A stretch of DNA of 64,000 bases from assembly GCF_009914755.1 (NCBI RefSeq), contig NC_060934.1. The stretch is one strand, 5' to 3'. This DNA is from the human T2T-CHM13v2.0 reference genome, Homo sapiens. Made by a program: the position numbers and the translations under genes. Below, in pieces: positions 36,491 through 52,289 of the stretch (the stretch's first letter is position 1; each line of letters opens with the position of its first letter). The notes beneath the pieces are model-generated. The model saw only the letters and a program-made list of their open reading frames with translations. It was not told where the DNA came from and did no database searches.

Positions 36491-38366
36491 ATTATGTTAC
36501 AAGGAGGAGGACAATCTTAACAATTTGCTTTCTCATGGTTCCAAGGTGATGACCAAGGAGGGTATCTTTACTCCCTGTTAGAACAAGTCAGGGTTGCCCA
36601 CACAACCTTGTCAAACACACCCAGCAGCATTCCTGGCCTCAAGTGACCAGCAAATGAAATGAATGGGTTCCATGTCCAGACACAGTCTGGGGGGCCCATG
36701 GGCACCATTTCGATGTGCCTTGTGCAGCCCTCCTCAGCAGATGCCTGACATGGCTCTCTGAAGAGCCATGATCCCAGAGGGCAATTGTCAAGGGCAAAAG
36801 CCATGGCCTTCAGCCCACTGGGAAGGTCTCTGTGCCCCAGCTCACCCAGCCCCTGCACTGGCACCATATCTATGGCACCTGGTTGCAGCTTGGTGAATAA
36901 GGTTGCACAAAGTATCCTGACTGCCCTGAAAAGCAATGTGGTCATGAGGAAGCAATGCAGCTTAGACACTGCCTCCAGAAGGCATCAGGATCCTTCAGCT
37001 CACCTCAGCTCTGTCCCCAGAAACACACCCAGATAAGACTTCAGTCTCCTCCTGGGGGAGGGGTCCTGGCAGCCTTATGGGTTAGGGGATGGCCACTGTG
37101 GGCCACAGAGAGTTTGGAATCTGGAAATAAAACGGTATTTTTGATGTAGGAGGAGGAGAAGCCAGGGATAGTTTTAGAGGAAAAGTACAAAAGTTGGAAG
37201 GACATGTGCTGGCTGAGTACAGGTCCTGAATTGAAACATGAGGTGGGAATGGGGCCTGGGCAGGAGCTGGTGGAATGGGAAAGGAGCCCTGCTTTAGGGG
37301 GGCACACAAGGGTAAGGCAGGTGAGAGGACCATGCTCTGCTCATTGAGGGAAGGTGCCTGAGACCAGGGAATAGAGAAGAGGAAGGCAAGAACAGGCCAG
37401 AAAGCAGCCCAGGACCCATGGTGGACATCCCTTGGCCACTCGGGGCTGCAGTCAGGCCTTTCTGGGCCCTGGTGGGGATGGGATGAGGGCCGTGTGTTGC
37501 AAGGCAGTGCAGGCTGCTGGCAGGTGACTTCCTCCCCCTGGATGCTGTGTTTTGGCTTCTCTGTGCCCCACACTCTGGAGAGACACAGGCCTGGCTTCCC
37601 CAGATGCCCACTGAGGCTGCATATGAGCCTGACACTCCCAGGAGGAAGCAAGAGATCTGACCACAGACAGAGCCAGGACCAAGGAGAGGGAGGGCAGCAC
37701 CAGGCAGGAACTCTGGGATCTTTTCCCCCTCAACACTGGCCACTCAAGCACGCCCTTCATCCCTGTGCTGAAGCCCCCTGCTGCTTCCTGGTTGGGCATG
37801 GGGACTGGATCCTGCAGGCAATGGGGAAGCATTTCTAAAGGGTGTGAACTGAGTAGGGTGACCTCTGAAGATGGGTAGCTGGTGTATCTGGAACCATCTA
37901 TCTCCCCTTCCTCCACACTTTTTGATACTGTCTTTCCCACAAACCTCTTTTATGTTATGTAAATGGTTTGCCCTGCAGCCTGTATTGGGTAGAAAACAAG
38001 GCCCTTGCCATCAGGTTTCATCATCAGACTTATCCAGTACGTTAGTCACCTTAATGGTGTGGACAAGTTTGGAACCAGCACTGGGGGAAAAAAATTTCAT
38101 ATAATGCCATCCATTTAGACATATGACCCCAGAGCAAGGTAGAGCATCCCCCATCAAATCTAGTACAGGATAGATTCATCTTATAAATGCACAGAGCTGC
38201 ATGCACCAGCAGCCCTGTGGTCCTAACACCTCAGGACCCACCTCAGTCCTGGGGGACCTTCCAGATTTGGGGCAACGTCAGCTATACAAGTCCTGTTTTT
38301 TGACGTGGCTTCCCATTCCAGTCTTTTTTATAGACTCTGTACTATATACTTTATTTTTTAACCAAA

Positions 38367-38791
38367 TGATATAGTTTGGATATGTGTCCCCACACAAATC
38401 TCATGGTGAATTGGAATCTCCAGTATTGGAGGTGAGGCCTAGTAGGAGGTGATTGGATCATGGGGGTGGATTTCTCATGAATGGTTTAGTACCATCCTCT
38501 TGGCATTGTCCTCACAATTATGAGTGACTTCTCACAAGATCTGTCTGTTTAAAAGTGTATGTCACCTCGCTGTCTCTCTCTTGCTCCTGTTTGTGCCATG
38601 TGACATGCCTCCTTCCCCTTCATCTTCTGCCATGAATGGAAGCTTCCTGAAGTCTCCACAGAAGCCAGGTAGACATCAGCACCATGCTTCCTCTAAAGCC
38701 TACAGAACCATGAGTCAATTAACCTTGTTTTCTTTATAAATTACCCAGTCTCAAACATTCCTTTATGGCAATGCAAAAATGGCCTAATACA
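38367..38791 (+). mobile_element. MaLR solo LTR (MSTB-like)
   Basis: tgatatagtttggat..ggcctaataca ends. Confidence 0.85.
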
Positions 38792-38819
38792 CTGACAAAT
38801 AGTACTGTTACATATTCAT

Positions 38820-39540
38820 AGGATACACACAACAAAGAATGAAAGAGATTGACAAAGATCTACAGGATGTATAGGACACCATTAGGTGAACAAATATTAA
38901 TATTATGAGAATTCCAGAAGAAAAGCAGAAGGGGAAAGATGAGGAAAATACATCTAGTGAAATATTATTGGAAGACTTCCCAAGTCTTAGGAGAGAGATA
39001 CATCCAGGTCCAGGAAGTTCAAAGAACCCCAAACAGATTCGACTCAAACAGATCCTCTCCAAGGCACATTATTGTCAAAATGTCAATAGTAAAGACAAAG
39101 AAAGAATTCTAAAAGCAGCAAGAGAATAGTCAAGTCATATATAAGGAAATACCCAGTAGACTAACAGCAGATTTCTCAGCAGAAACCTTACAGGCCAGGA
39201 GAGAGTGGGATGATAAATTCAAAGTACTGAAAGAAAACCACTAACAGCCAAGAATATTATACCCAGCAAAGTTACTCTTTAGGAATGAAGGAGAAATAAA
39301 ATCTTTCACAGACAAGCAAAAACTAGGAAATTTATCACAACTACACCTGACTTCCAAGAAATGCTCAGGGAAGTCTTGTATCTGGAAATGAACAGATAAT
39401 AACCACCATGATGAAAAAATGCAAAACTATAAAACTCACTGGTATAACTTATACACAAAGGAGAAAGAGAAAGGAAAATCATTAGATAAAACAACCCAAT
39501 CACAAATATAAACAATAAGAAGGGAAATAAGGAACAAAGT
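38820..39540 (+). mobile_element. Old L1 ORF1 3' fragment
   Basis: Track 38905-39129 reads ..KDKERILKAARE; followed by ctaacagcagatttctcagcagaaacctta. Confidence 0.8.
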
Positions 39541-40141
39541 CCTTTGGTCTTTTTGTTTCAGGGGCACAGGAAGTCAAGGAGCCCTGGCACTCTAATTGAG
39601 CTGGTTTGCTGCTTCCTATAGCAAAGAGACAAGGGGAGACTGAGTCAGGGTCGGGGGTATGGAGCTGTGGGGGCTGAGTTTTCCTGAACTCAGCCCTGCC
39701 TGTTGAAGGCTAGAGTGCCCAATACAAGAGAGCCCACAGGGCTATGGTTAGGAAGGCCTGTCCTATTGCCTGTCCCTGACCTCAGCTGCACATCCCTGTG
39801 TTGCAGTTAGGCTTAGGGCTAGGAATGTTGGTCCACTGTTAGAGCCTGAGTTGCCTTTGCACATCCATGGGAAGCTTCCTCTCTCACCATCAATGGTCCA
39901 GGTGGGGCCCTTGGTGAGGTCACTTAGGCCTGTGTTCCCTGAGACTGGGATGAGCTCAGAAGGCCTTGAAATCTCTAGTCAACATCACAGTGAGGAATGA
40001 GCAGGACAGAGACCTTGCCTGGCCCCCTCCTCCATCCAGGAAGCCCTGCACAATGAACAGTGGCTCCTGGAGAGCTTGGAAGCCGATTTTTAACAGTCAA
40101 CCCCACTCCATCTCAACCCTCTTTTTACTTTTTTTTTTCAA

Positions 40142-43738
<3,597 letters not shown>

Positions 43739-44348
43739 ACAGAGGCAGAATGTAACTTGGAACCACCCGTTCCATGAAGGTCCAGAGCAGCCCCTAGCCC
43801 TGCTCAGGGTAGCCGAGTTGGGCTGGCCAAGGTGTGCACCACCCAGGCTCAGATGTACCTTCCAGTGTCCAGCTGGCAAAGGCCCTTTAGAAACCTGAGC
43901 AGGGAGATGTTGAGAGTGCAGCCTGGGAGCATCACATTTGGAAGCAGCTGCTGTTGGCCTCAGCTGTGGGAGAGGACCCAATGCTTGCACTGAGGGGACC
44001 CAGGCCTGGGAGCTCAGCACAGGGCACCAAGCTGGCCTTTCCTGCTCTCTCCCTCACAGTCTCAGTGCCCCCACAAGTTTCTTCCTAAGGAAGCATCATG
44101 GCCATTGGATGGGTGACCTCAGAGGCCAAACAGGAGATACCATGAGGAGGAGCAGGCCAGGACAAGCCAGCTGAAGTCGGCAGTTGGAAGGCCTTGGAAT
44201 GAAGGTGGGCCCTGCAGCTCCCCATGTGAGGAGGGTGAAGCCCCAGGCCCCAGCCAGGGGCCGACATGGAGGGACACCCACTATTCCTGCCATTCCCATT
44301 TTACAAAAAATCTAGAAATTTGCATTTTTAGAAAGAATGTTCAGGTTT

Positions 44349-44547
44349 GAGACAGGGTCTCACTCTGTTGCCCAGGCCAGCATGCAGTGGCACGATCATG
44401 GCTCACTGCAGCTAAATTTTAAAAATTTTCGTAGAGACAGGGCCTCATTATGTTGCCCAGGCTGGTTTTGAACTCCTGGGCTAAAGCGATCTCCCCACCT
44501 CAGCCTCCCAATGTTCTGGGATTACAGGCATGAGCCACTGTGCCTGT
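44349..44547 (-). mobile_element. Partial Alu (AluJ-like, internally deleted)
   Basis: gagacagggtctcactctgttgcccagg..gggattacaggcatgagccactgtgcc. Confidence 0.85.
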
Positions 44548-46480
44548 CAAAGTTGGGCTTTTAACTGTGGGCTCCCGTTTTTGAAAATCCTTGAAAGCCT
44601 CAGAAAGCATGTCGGCAGGCCAGCTTCACCCACAGCCCGCCTTGAAGGTGTGACACTGCAGAAAGACAAGAAGCAGGGTTCAGAGAAAGCTTTCCTTGGG
44701 TGCATAGACCAGGGGCACCCCAGGCGTCAGCAGGGATTGGAATGCACAGGGCCAGGGCCAGGAGGCGGGGTGGAGGCCAATGCCCTTGGCAGCTGCAGAC
44801 CTGTGGGAACCCCAGCTGGCTCCTGGGGCCAGCCCCACCTGCCCTGTGTCCCCTGTGGTGTTTGTCTCAGGGCAGGAGCCACAGTGGTGGAAGGACACAC
44901 TCCCTGAGCCTCAGAGTGGGTGCCCGGTGGTCCTTGTTGGATCAGGAAGAGCAGGAGATGGGGAATCACCTGTAGGTCTCTGGAATCGCAGCTAAAACAG
45001 GGCTTCTGTGATGGATTGCCCTGAGCAGGGTCCTAAGTGGCTCGCCTGCCGCACCCGTGTCCTGGCCCTGCCGCTGTGGGTGTCCTGCCTGCCACAGGCA
45101 CACAGAAGGACAGGGAGGAGAGACCCCGAGTGTTCAGCAGCCCTGAAGAAGGCATCGAGGCCTGGGTGCTCAGCTGAGGCATGAGACATGGTATCTTCAG
45201 GCAGCCTTGTGGCTCCACTTACACCTGACATCAGGGAGGGCCTGGCTGAGTGCACAGCCTGTACCCCTGGGGCCTGAGAGAGCACCACAGATTTCAGGGC
45301 GGGAACATCACGCTAAGCCCACCCTGTGCAGGGGCCAAGTGAGACCTTTCCTGGGCTCCTTGCTTCAGGCATGGTGGGGAGAGGGCCCTTGAGTACTCAA
45401 GGTCCAGCCGCCTCCTCTTGGACCCTCAGTGACACCAGGTGAAGATTTGGCCCAGCGGACACACAGACATTGGTTGAGACACAGCCGCTTCCTCACAGCA
45501 GCCTCTGGGAATTCAGTTTGGGGGAGGACCCCCAGGAACAGGGAGGTTGGAGGGGAGGCAGCCACCCATTCTTCCTCACTCAGCCTTTGAAGGGCCCTGC
45601 CCCCACTGCCTCTCTGCATCTCCCACCACAGTCCTCCCCCATAGACTTGCTTTCTTCCCCCTCATGCCCACTTCAGTCTCTCTCTCCCAAACCCACAGCA
45701 CAGGAGGCACACACCCAAGCCTCCCGTCTCCCACAGAGGGGAAGCCTCCTCCCTGCTCCCCGTCAAAGCTGCAAGAGGGGCCCAGGCCCCCTCCCGTCCT
45801 CAGTGTCCTCACCTCTCCTCTGTGCTTCGTTCCCTCTGGGCTCAGTTCCAGGCATCTGCATTGGAAGTGTCCTCACCTCCCCGCCTATCAGCTCTGCAGT
45901 GCCCTAGGGCTGTGCCACCTCCAGCACCATGGACACTTGTTCCTCCTGCCTCCCTCCAGCTTCCCAGCCTGGCCTGGAACTCAGGACTCCACCCAGTGGC
46001 TCCCCTGTCTGGGCCCACCAACTTCCCTGCGCTAAAGCCTCAGCACTCCCCGTGGCTTTGACCCTGTCTCCCTCCCCCACCGGCCAGGGCGGAGAGGGAC
46101 ACACAGAGAGCAGCTGCCAGCATAGGCAGGTGTTCACAGGATACACACACTTGCCCCGCCAGCCCCTGCACCCAAGGAATCCTCACAGCCACCTCCCAGG
46201 GAAGGAGGCAGGGCAGAGGGAGGGCAGGGGAGGGAGAAGATCAGGGAGGCCGAGAACTTTCGGAGCACAAGGACCTGCAGTAGCAGTGCAGCCAGGGGCC
46301 GGAGCGTTCAGGGAAACAGTCATTGAGATCAGGATGGGCACTGAGTGGTGTCCTGACCAGCCTGCCATGTGTGCTGTCAGGCTCCCAACCAAGGTCTCAG
46401 GGAGCCCCTCAGCTCCCTGGAGCTCCCTCTGGCCCAGCCCCTCAGGCCTCCCTTGGGGGCTCAAAGCAGCACTCCCCTGC

Positions 46481-46702
46481 CTAGTGTGAGTGTGAGCTGC
46501 AGGACGATGCTGTCCTCCATGCAGTAGGTGATGAAGGACAGCCGTGTTCTCGGGCTGGAGAGGAAGCACGTGGCCCTGAGAAGCCAGAGAAACAGCCAGG
46601 GCGGGTGACACCCATTCCCCACCTCCCACCTCAACTCTTCTGCTTTGGGGCCCCTTGCTAGATATAGGGAGGTGAGATAAATGTAGTAAAGCACTCTGAG
46701 GC
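46481..46702 (-). pseudogene. Inverted ANTXRL-family fragment, copy C (vWA N-terminal exons)
   Basis: 46554-46481: ctccag acceptor then PRTRLSFITYCMEDSIVLQLT (cf. [21 protein letters not shown]). 46702-46630: 73-bp AG..GT-bounded segment, PQSALLHLSHL (weak match to SGSVLHHWNEI). Confidence 0.65.
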
Positions 46703-46789
46703 CTGTGGAGAAGAGGGGCCCACAAAGGAGAGTCAGGATGGCAACTCGCTGCATCCCCACAATCCCAGCACCCCCAAAGACACTTGCAC

Positions 46790-47000
46790 TCACCACACAC
46801 ACATGCACACACACACCACACACATGCACCACCACACACACACACACACAATCACACAGACACACATATGCACATCACACAGACACACATATGCACATAT
46901 GCACACACACACCACATGCACACACAAGCACACACATGCACACACACCACATACACCCCGCACACACACATATGCACACACATGTGCACTCACACACTCC
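46790..47000. repeat. (CA)n-rich simple repeat
   Basis: Direct inspection. Confidence 0.9.
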
Positions 47001-48055
47001 ATGCTGAGCATGCAGGAAGACAGACACACAGCTCTCACAGCTGGTCTCCCTCTACTGGAAAATTCTTTGCCTCTTCACCCCATTCCCCTCTCCTCTCCCT
47101 CATCCCTCCTCCACCTCAGAAACCCAGCAAACAAGGCAGAGCAGAGGGAACACAATTCAGGCCAGACCCACAGCTTCCCCACACCATCTTCCCATCACCT
47201 GCATTTACTGAGGTCAGACCACAAAAGCCCTCTGGGGCCACCATGCAGCTAGAGGGTCCAGTGAGCTGCTGGGGTCCTGAGTAGTTTGAGGAGAGTCCCC
47301 TAGAGTCCCGTAAGCAGCAACTTCTGGTGCAAGGGCAGCCTGGGGCAGGCCGATGTGTGGGGCAGCCTGCCAGCACCTGCCACCCAGTGCTGGAGGCCGG
47401 GAGCACTGGAGAATGGAAGGACAGCACGGCTCAGCCAGGACCCAGGGGCCCATCCAGTCCTGACCCTGTGCACAGGCTGGAATGCTCTGTGCCTTCCCTC
47501 CTAGCGTGTAAGCATGGTTAGGTCCTGGGGGTTTGGATGTGCTCAGCATCCTGCTTGGCACATGGCAAGTGCTGAATTCATGTTATTTCACATTCTCCAC
47601 CTGTGCCCAGAGACCTTCCCCATCCTTCCCAGGCTTGAGCTTTGCCCCCACTGGGGTCCCCAGCAGAACCCTAGGAGAGTGGGCAGGGGCATGTAGCAGG
47701 AGGCGGCTGAGAGGACCCTTTGGACACTCACTCCCACTCTCTGAAAGAACAGGCTCAACAAGGCTGCCAGCCCTCAGCGAAGCCCATCCATTGTCCAACC
47801 AGATGCCAAAGGGGGAAATCACCACCCTCTGGGTTGTGCTAAAGATCAAGGGGGAAAGACCTATCCAGCGCATCTCGGAAGTCCCTAGGCTGGGCAGGGA
47901 GGATGGACTCCCCTTCCCTTCCAGCAAGCAGGGAGCTCCTCTCATTGCTGGCTTTGCTTAGAAGTTGGTGGGCTGGGGTCTGCATTCCCTAAGCATCAGC
48001 ATCCAGAGGGAATGAGAAAAATCAGAGGGAGTTCAATGGTTGCCTCCCCAACGGG

Positions 48056-48248
48056 GTGAGCTGAGGATGTTGGAGTGAGCTGAGGATGGTGGAGTGGGCT
48101 GAGGATGCTGGAGTGAGCTGAGGATGGTGGAGTGGGCTGAGGATGGTGGAGTGAGCTGAGGATGGTGGAGTGAGCGGAGGATGCTGGAGTGGGCTGAGGA
48201 TAGTGGAGTGAGCTGAGGATGCTGGGGTGAGCGGAGGATGCTGGAGTG
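48056..48248. repeat. 19-bp minisatellite (~10 copies)
   Basis: ctgaggatg(g/c/t)tggagtg(a/g)g periodicity. Confidence 0.92.
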
Positions 48249-49849
48249 ACCTGTCCTGCTAGACACTTCTCATGTGCTCCTTGTGCACAATATCCTGTTT
48301 CTGGTTTCTGTCTCGGTCAGCAGTGCTGCAGGGCAGATGCTGCTCAGGTCTGTCTTTGGAGTTATTCCACCTTTTGTCTTAAACTCTCTGTTGTGTTTCA
48401 TTTCTCATTGATGAATTTTAGAACTTTGGTCCTTTTAAAACTGCATTTGTATTAATTAGCTGTTCTTGTCATATAATTTTATTCCTTTATCTTGTTTAAA
48501 CATTTCACACTCCCTCATTTAAATATTCCTTTTAGATCACTCCATTCTCTTTACTTTCTGGGACTTGAATCTCCTTGTTTCTTGTATTTGCTGCCTCTCT
48601 TTGGGATACCTGGGAGTTTTTCCTCTGCGCTCCTCTTCAGTAGAAAATGACGTTCCATGAGAATCCTGGTTTCCCTGGATGAGGACGGTGTCTCCCGGGG
48701 AGAGTTTCCCGTTTGGCTTTGTTGGAGCCTGGCAGGTTCTCTCAGTTGCAGATGGGTATAATGTTAGCTCCTCAGCTCAGAGTTTCTGCACCAGCTCACC
48801 GCAGACTTGGGGCCCTGGTTTCCCACAGATGCCCAGGGCAGGGGGCCTTCCTCTGTGCTAGGTGCTGCTCCGTGGTATTTGTTCCATGACTCTGCAAGCA
48901 TTGTTTTAAAAATCAGTTTGTAACATCGGCCTAGTAAACAAATGTAACACTTGTGTCTCCTGGAACAATGGACTGTCACCACCCCCTTCTCATCTTCATG
49001 CCAGTCCTCAGGGAGGCCCCTGCGCCACTGATGTCTGAGGCCACCAAGGCAGGAAGACCCTGGGGGGAGGGTAAATGGGAGATGCCTCTCAGCCCCTGTG
49101 CCTGCTGTCCCCTGGGCCCCAGGGTAGAGCTTCTGCAGACTTTGTTCCTTCCCATTTCTGAGACAGCCTGAGCTGGGGCCACCCTTCCCTTCATGGAGTC
49201 CCAGCTGTCAAACAAACACCTCCAGGGCCATCTGCTCTCTGAGCAAGAGTTTTCCTCCTGGGATGCCCCCACCCACCCACAGAAGCAGGGATATAGGGAA
49301 GAAAGGACCAGGATTTCTGGTTGCAATAATTGTATCCGTGAGTTTGAGACTCCCAGATTACCTTTGGACTCATGAGCTGAACTGCTGGGCATTCTGGCCT
49401 GGATGTCCCTGGAGCCCAGAACCTCCACAGGGATCATGAGCAGGGGGTCACTGCCCCAGAACAATGAGGGCACCCACATGGTCTACCCTGGCTCCTCACT
49501 CGTCAGAGGAAATGACGAGATTCCAAGGTCCCCTCCGGTATTGCAGGCTGGCCTGAGCCACAGGGTCCTGACCCAGCATGGCATCAGACGCCTGGAGCTC
49601 ATCCTGCAGGAGCAGCCATAGAGGAGTCCCCGGGTGTGCTGGGCAGGGGGGACATATTGAATCTCATTCACTCTGGACAGCTGTGGTCTCTGCAGAAGCC
49701 AGGAGGCCTGTGGCCCCCAAACTACCCATAACGATGCAGTCCAGCTGGAACTGGGGCCTTTTGGCTTCAAAACATGTTGGAGTCTTTCCCCAGAGCCCCA
49801 TTGTCTTTTAGAAATTACCACTTAGAGAGGGTAGTGCTGCTGATAAAGC

Positions 49850-50238
49850 TTGGCATGCACTGAATTGTGTCCTCCCCAAATTTATGTACTAAAGTCCTAA
49901 CCCAGATTCCTCAGAATGCAGCTGTACTGTGTTTGGAGAGGATTTGTAAAGGTTAAATTAAACAAAGTCATTAGGGTGGGCCCTGATCCAGTACGACTGT
50001 TGTCCTTATAGGAACAGTTTAAGAAACAGACATGCACAGAGGGAAAAGCATGGGAGGACACAGGAGGAAGGCGGCCATCAGCAAAACCTGGCTCCATGAG
50101 ATTCAGAGGAAAACAACCCTCCCCACACCTTGACCTTGGACTTGCAGCCTGCAGAATTCTGAGGAAAAAAAAAATGTCTGTTTTTTTGTCACTCAGTGCG
50201 TGGGACTTTGTTCTGGCTGCCTAGTGGACAAATACAAT
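49850..50238 (+). mobile_element. MaLR LTR (MLT1-like)
   Basis: ctgaattgtgtcctccccaaa..aagtcctaacc..ttagggtgggccctgatccagta motifs. Confidence 0.75.
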
Positions 50239-51535
50239 GGCTTTGCTGTTAACAGCCCAGACCCATGCTTCCTGCACATAAGGCATGGGACTCCCTCTGC
50301 CCAGGCCCAGCCCTGGTCTCTGAGCTGGCATGAGCTCACCAGGTAGGCTGCAGGCAGCAGGCAGGAGTGGGATCTGATGGAAGGGGCGGTGCCAAGGCAG
50401 TGAGGGTGGCAGAGGGATGCTTGCTTTCCCATGTGGCTCAGCTTCGTGGAAGCATCTGGAGCAGGAGTAAAGGAAGCAAGGTGACAGGGGCCACTCATGG
50501 GGAGACAGGTGAACAGGCTCCTCCACTTGCTGGAGACAACTTTGGGGACACCTGCTCTGCCCACAGCCACACCCTCAAACTTCTCCATACCCCGTGCTGG
50601 GTCCAGCAGCAGCCCTGATTGTATGGTATGACCTTGGTGGTCAGATCAGGCATAGACAGCTTGACCCAGACTATGGGATCAGAATCTCTCCCCAGCAAAG
50701 TGGCCATGGGGTCATCTGAACAGAGGATGAGCAACCGCAGACTGCAGGGCTACTAGCAGCCAAGTACACAGAGAGGCAGAGGTGGGGAGAAGACAGCAGA
50801 GCTGAGGCCGCATGGCCCAGGGAGCAGGGAAACCTGAAGGAGACCCCAAGCAGGGGTCCTGTGGGCTTTCCAATGTCTGGTCCTGCTGAGGCCTGGCTGC
50901 CCGGGTGATCATGAGCCAGCAACCTATAGTCACTACAGTCCTGTCCTTCTGGTCTCCTCTTGGGTCCTGCCTCTGCATAGCCTGTAGCCAGGCTCAGGCT
51001 GGGATCTCCCATATGGACTCTAAGGCAGGCTTTCCTATACTTTCCATGGAAATTCTCCAGCTGATAGAGGAAGTGAACACCCCAAGCTGGGGCCACATTC
51101 TCAAGTGGTCTGTGAAATTTTTGCAAGGTTTGTGGTTCATCTCAAAGATTCATAATTTCAAAATGGAATTCTTGATAGTTAGAGAGATTTTTCACATAAC
51201 CCTGAAGGGCTCCTCCTTCTCCAGGGTTGGGTCAAAGTCTTGTGTCCAGAAGCCCCCTGGTCAGCAGTCCTCTTGGTTTCCCCAATCACCCACTGTCCAG
51301 CCTGCATGGGTCCTTCAGTCCAGGGCCATGGTGAGGCTGGGTCCCTGGGCCTGGCACCATCTAGACACCCCTTGGGGGTCCAGTGACGTGCAAGCTACAT
51401 CTCTAACTCCCTGACCTCTGCCTTCTCTACCTCCCTGCCCACTCCCTCATTCAGAGACACTGAGCATCACCTCTCAGGAGTTTCCATCTTAACACAAGAT
51501 GGAAGAGAGTTTCACTTCAGGCCACTGTTCCCACT

Positions 51536-51907
51536 GTGTCTTAGTCCATTTGGGCTGCTCTAAAGAAACTACTGCAAACTGTATAATTTTTAAACAACAG
51601 GAATTTATTTTAAACAGTTCTGGAGGCTGGGAAGTCCATATCAAGGCAGATTGAGTTTCTGGTGAGAGTCAGCTCTCTGGTTCATTGTTAGCATCTTTTG
51701 GCCAATAATGTCTTCTGTGTCCTCCCATGGTGGAAGGGCTGAGGCAGCCCTCTGGGACCTCTTTTATAAAGGCACTAATTCCATCCATGAGGCTCCACCC
51801 TGGTGACCTAATCACCTCCCCATACCTGCACTTTCTCATACCATCCCTTGGGGGTTAAGATTTCAATATATGAATCTTTAGGGGACACTAACTTTCAGGT
51901 CATAGCA
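51536..51907 (-). mobile_element. MaLR LTR (MLT1A/MSTD-like)
   Basis: tgtcttagtccatttgggctgct..acagttctggaggctgggaagtcca. Confidence 0.75.
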
Positions 51908-52135
51908 TTTGGACTTTCACCATTGCCCCACCCCCCAGCCCTGTACTTCTTGGGCCTTCGGCCTCAGACTGAGTCACACCATTGACATTCTTGTTTCTCT
52001 AGCTTGCAGATAGCAAACCGTGGGACTTCTCAGTCTCCATAACCACATGAGCCAATTCCTATAATAAATCTCCTCTTGCATATACCTGTATATAGCCTGT
52101 TGGTTCTATTTCTCTGGATAACCCTGGCTAATACA
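51908..52135 (+). mobile_element. MLT2-like LTR 3' part
   Basis: tgggacttctcagtctccataaccacatgagccaattcc..aaccctggctaataca. Confidence 0.7.
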
Positions 52136-52204
52136 CACTGCAAGCACCTGTGCAATACCAAGGGCCTGGCCATCTGCTTGAAATGTAAAATAGAAAACCT
52201 ACGT

Positions 52205-52211
52205 GCACACA

Positions 52212-52273
<62 letters not shown>
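52205..52273. repeat. (CA)n(GA)n compound microsatellite
   Basis: Direct inspection. Confidence 0.95.
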
Positions 52274-52274
<1 letters not shown>

Positions 52275-52289
52275 GCCCTGCCCAGAGCC

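Noticed and set aside
36568-37036. Processed pseudogene or final ANTXRL exons
   Set aside because: No protein family recognised in either direction.
49636-49682. Possible ANTXR exon-1 end (GGTY*ISFTLD vs GSFDLYFILD)
   Set aside because: Short gapped match, no GT donor and no neighbouring exons on that strand.
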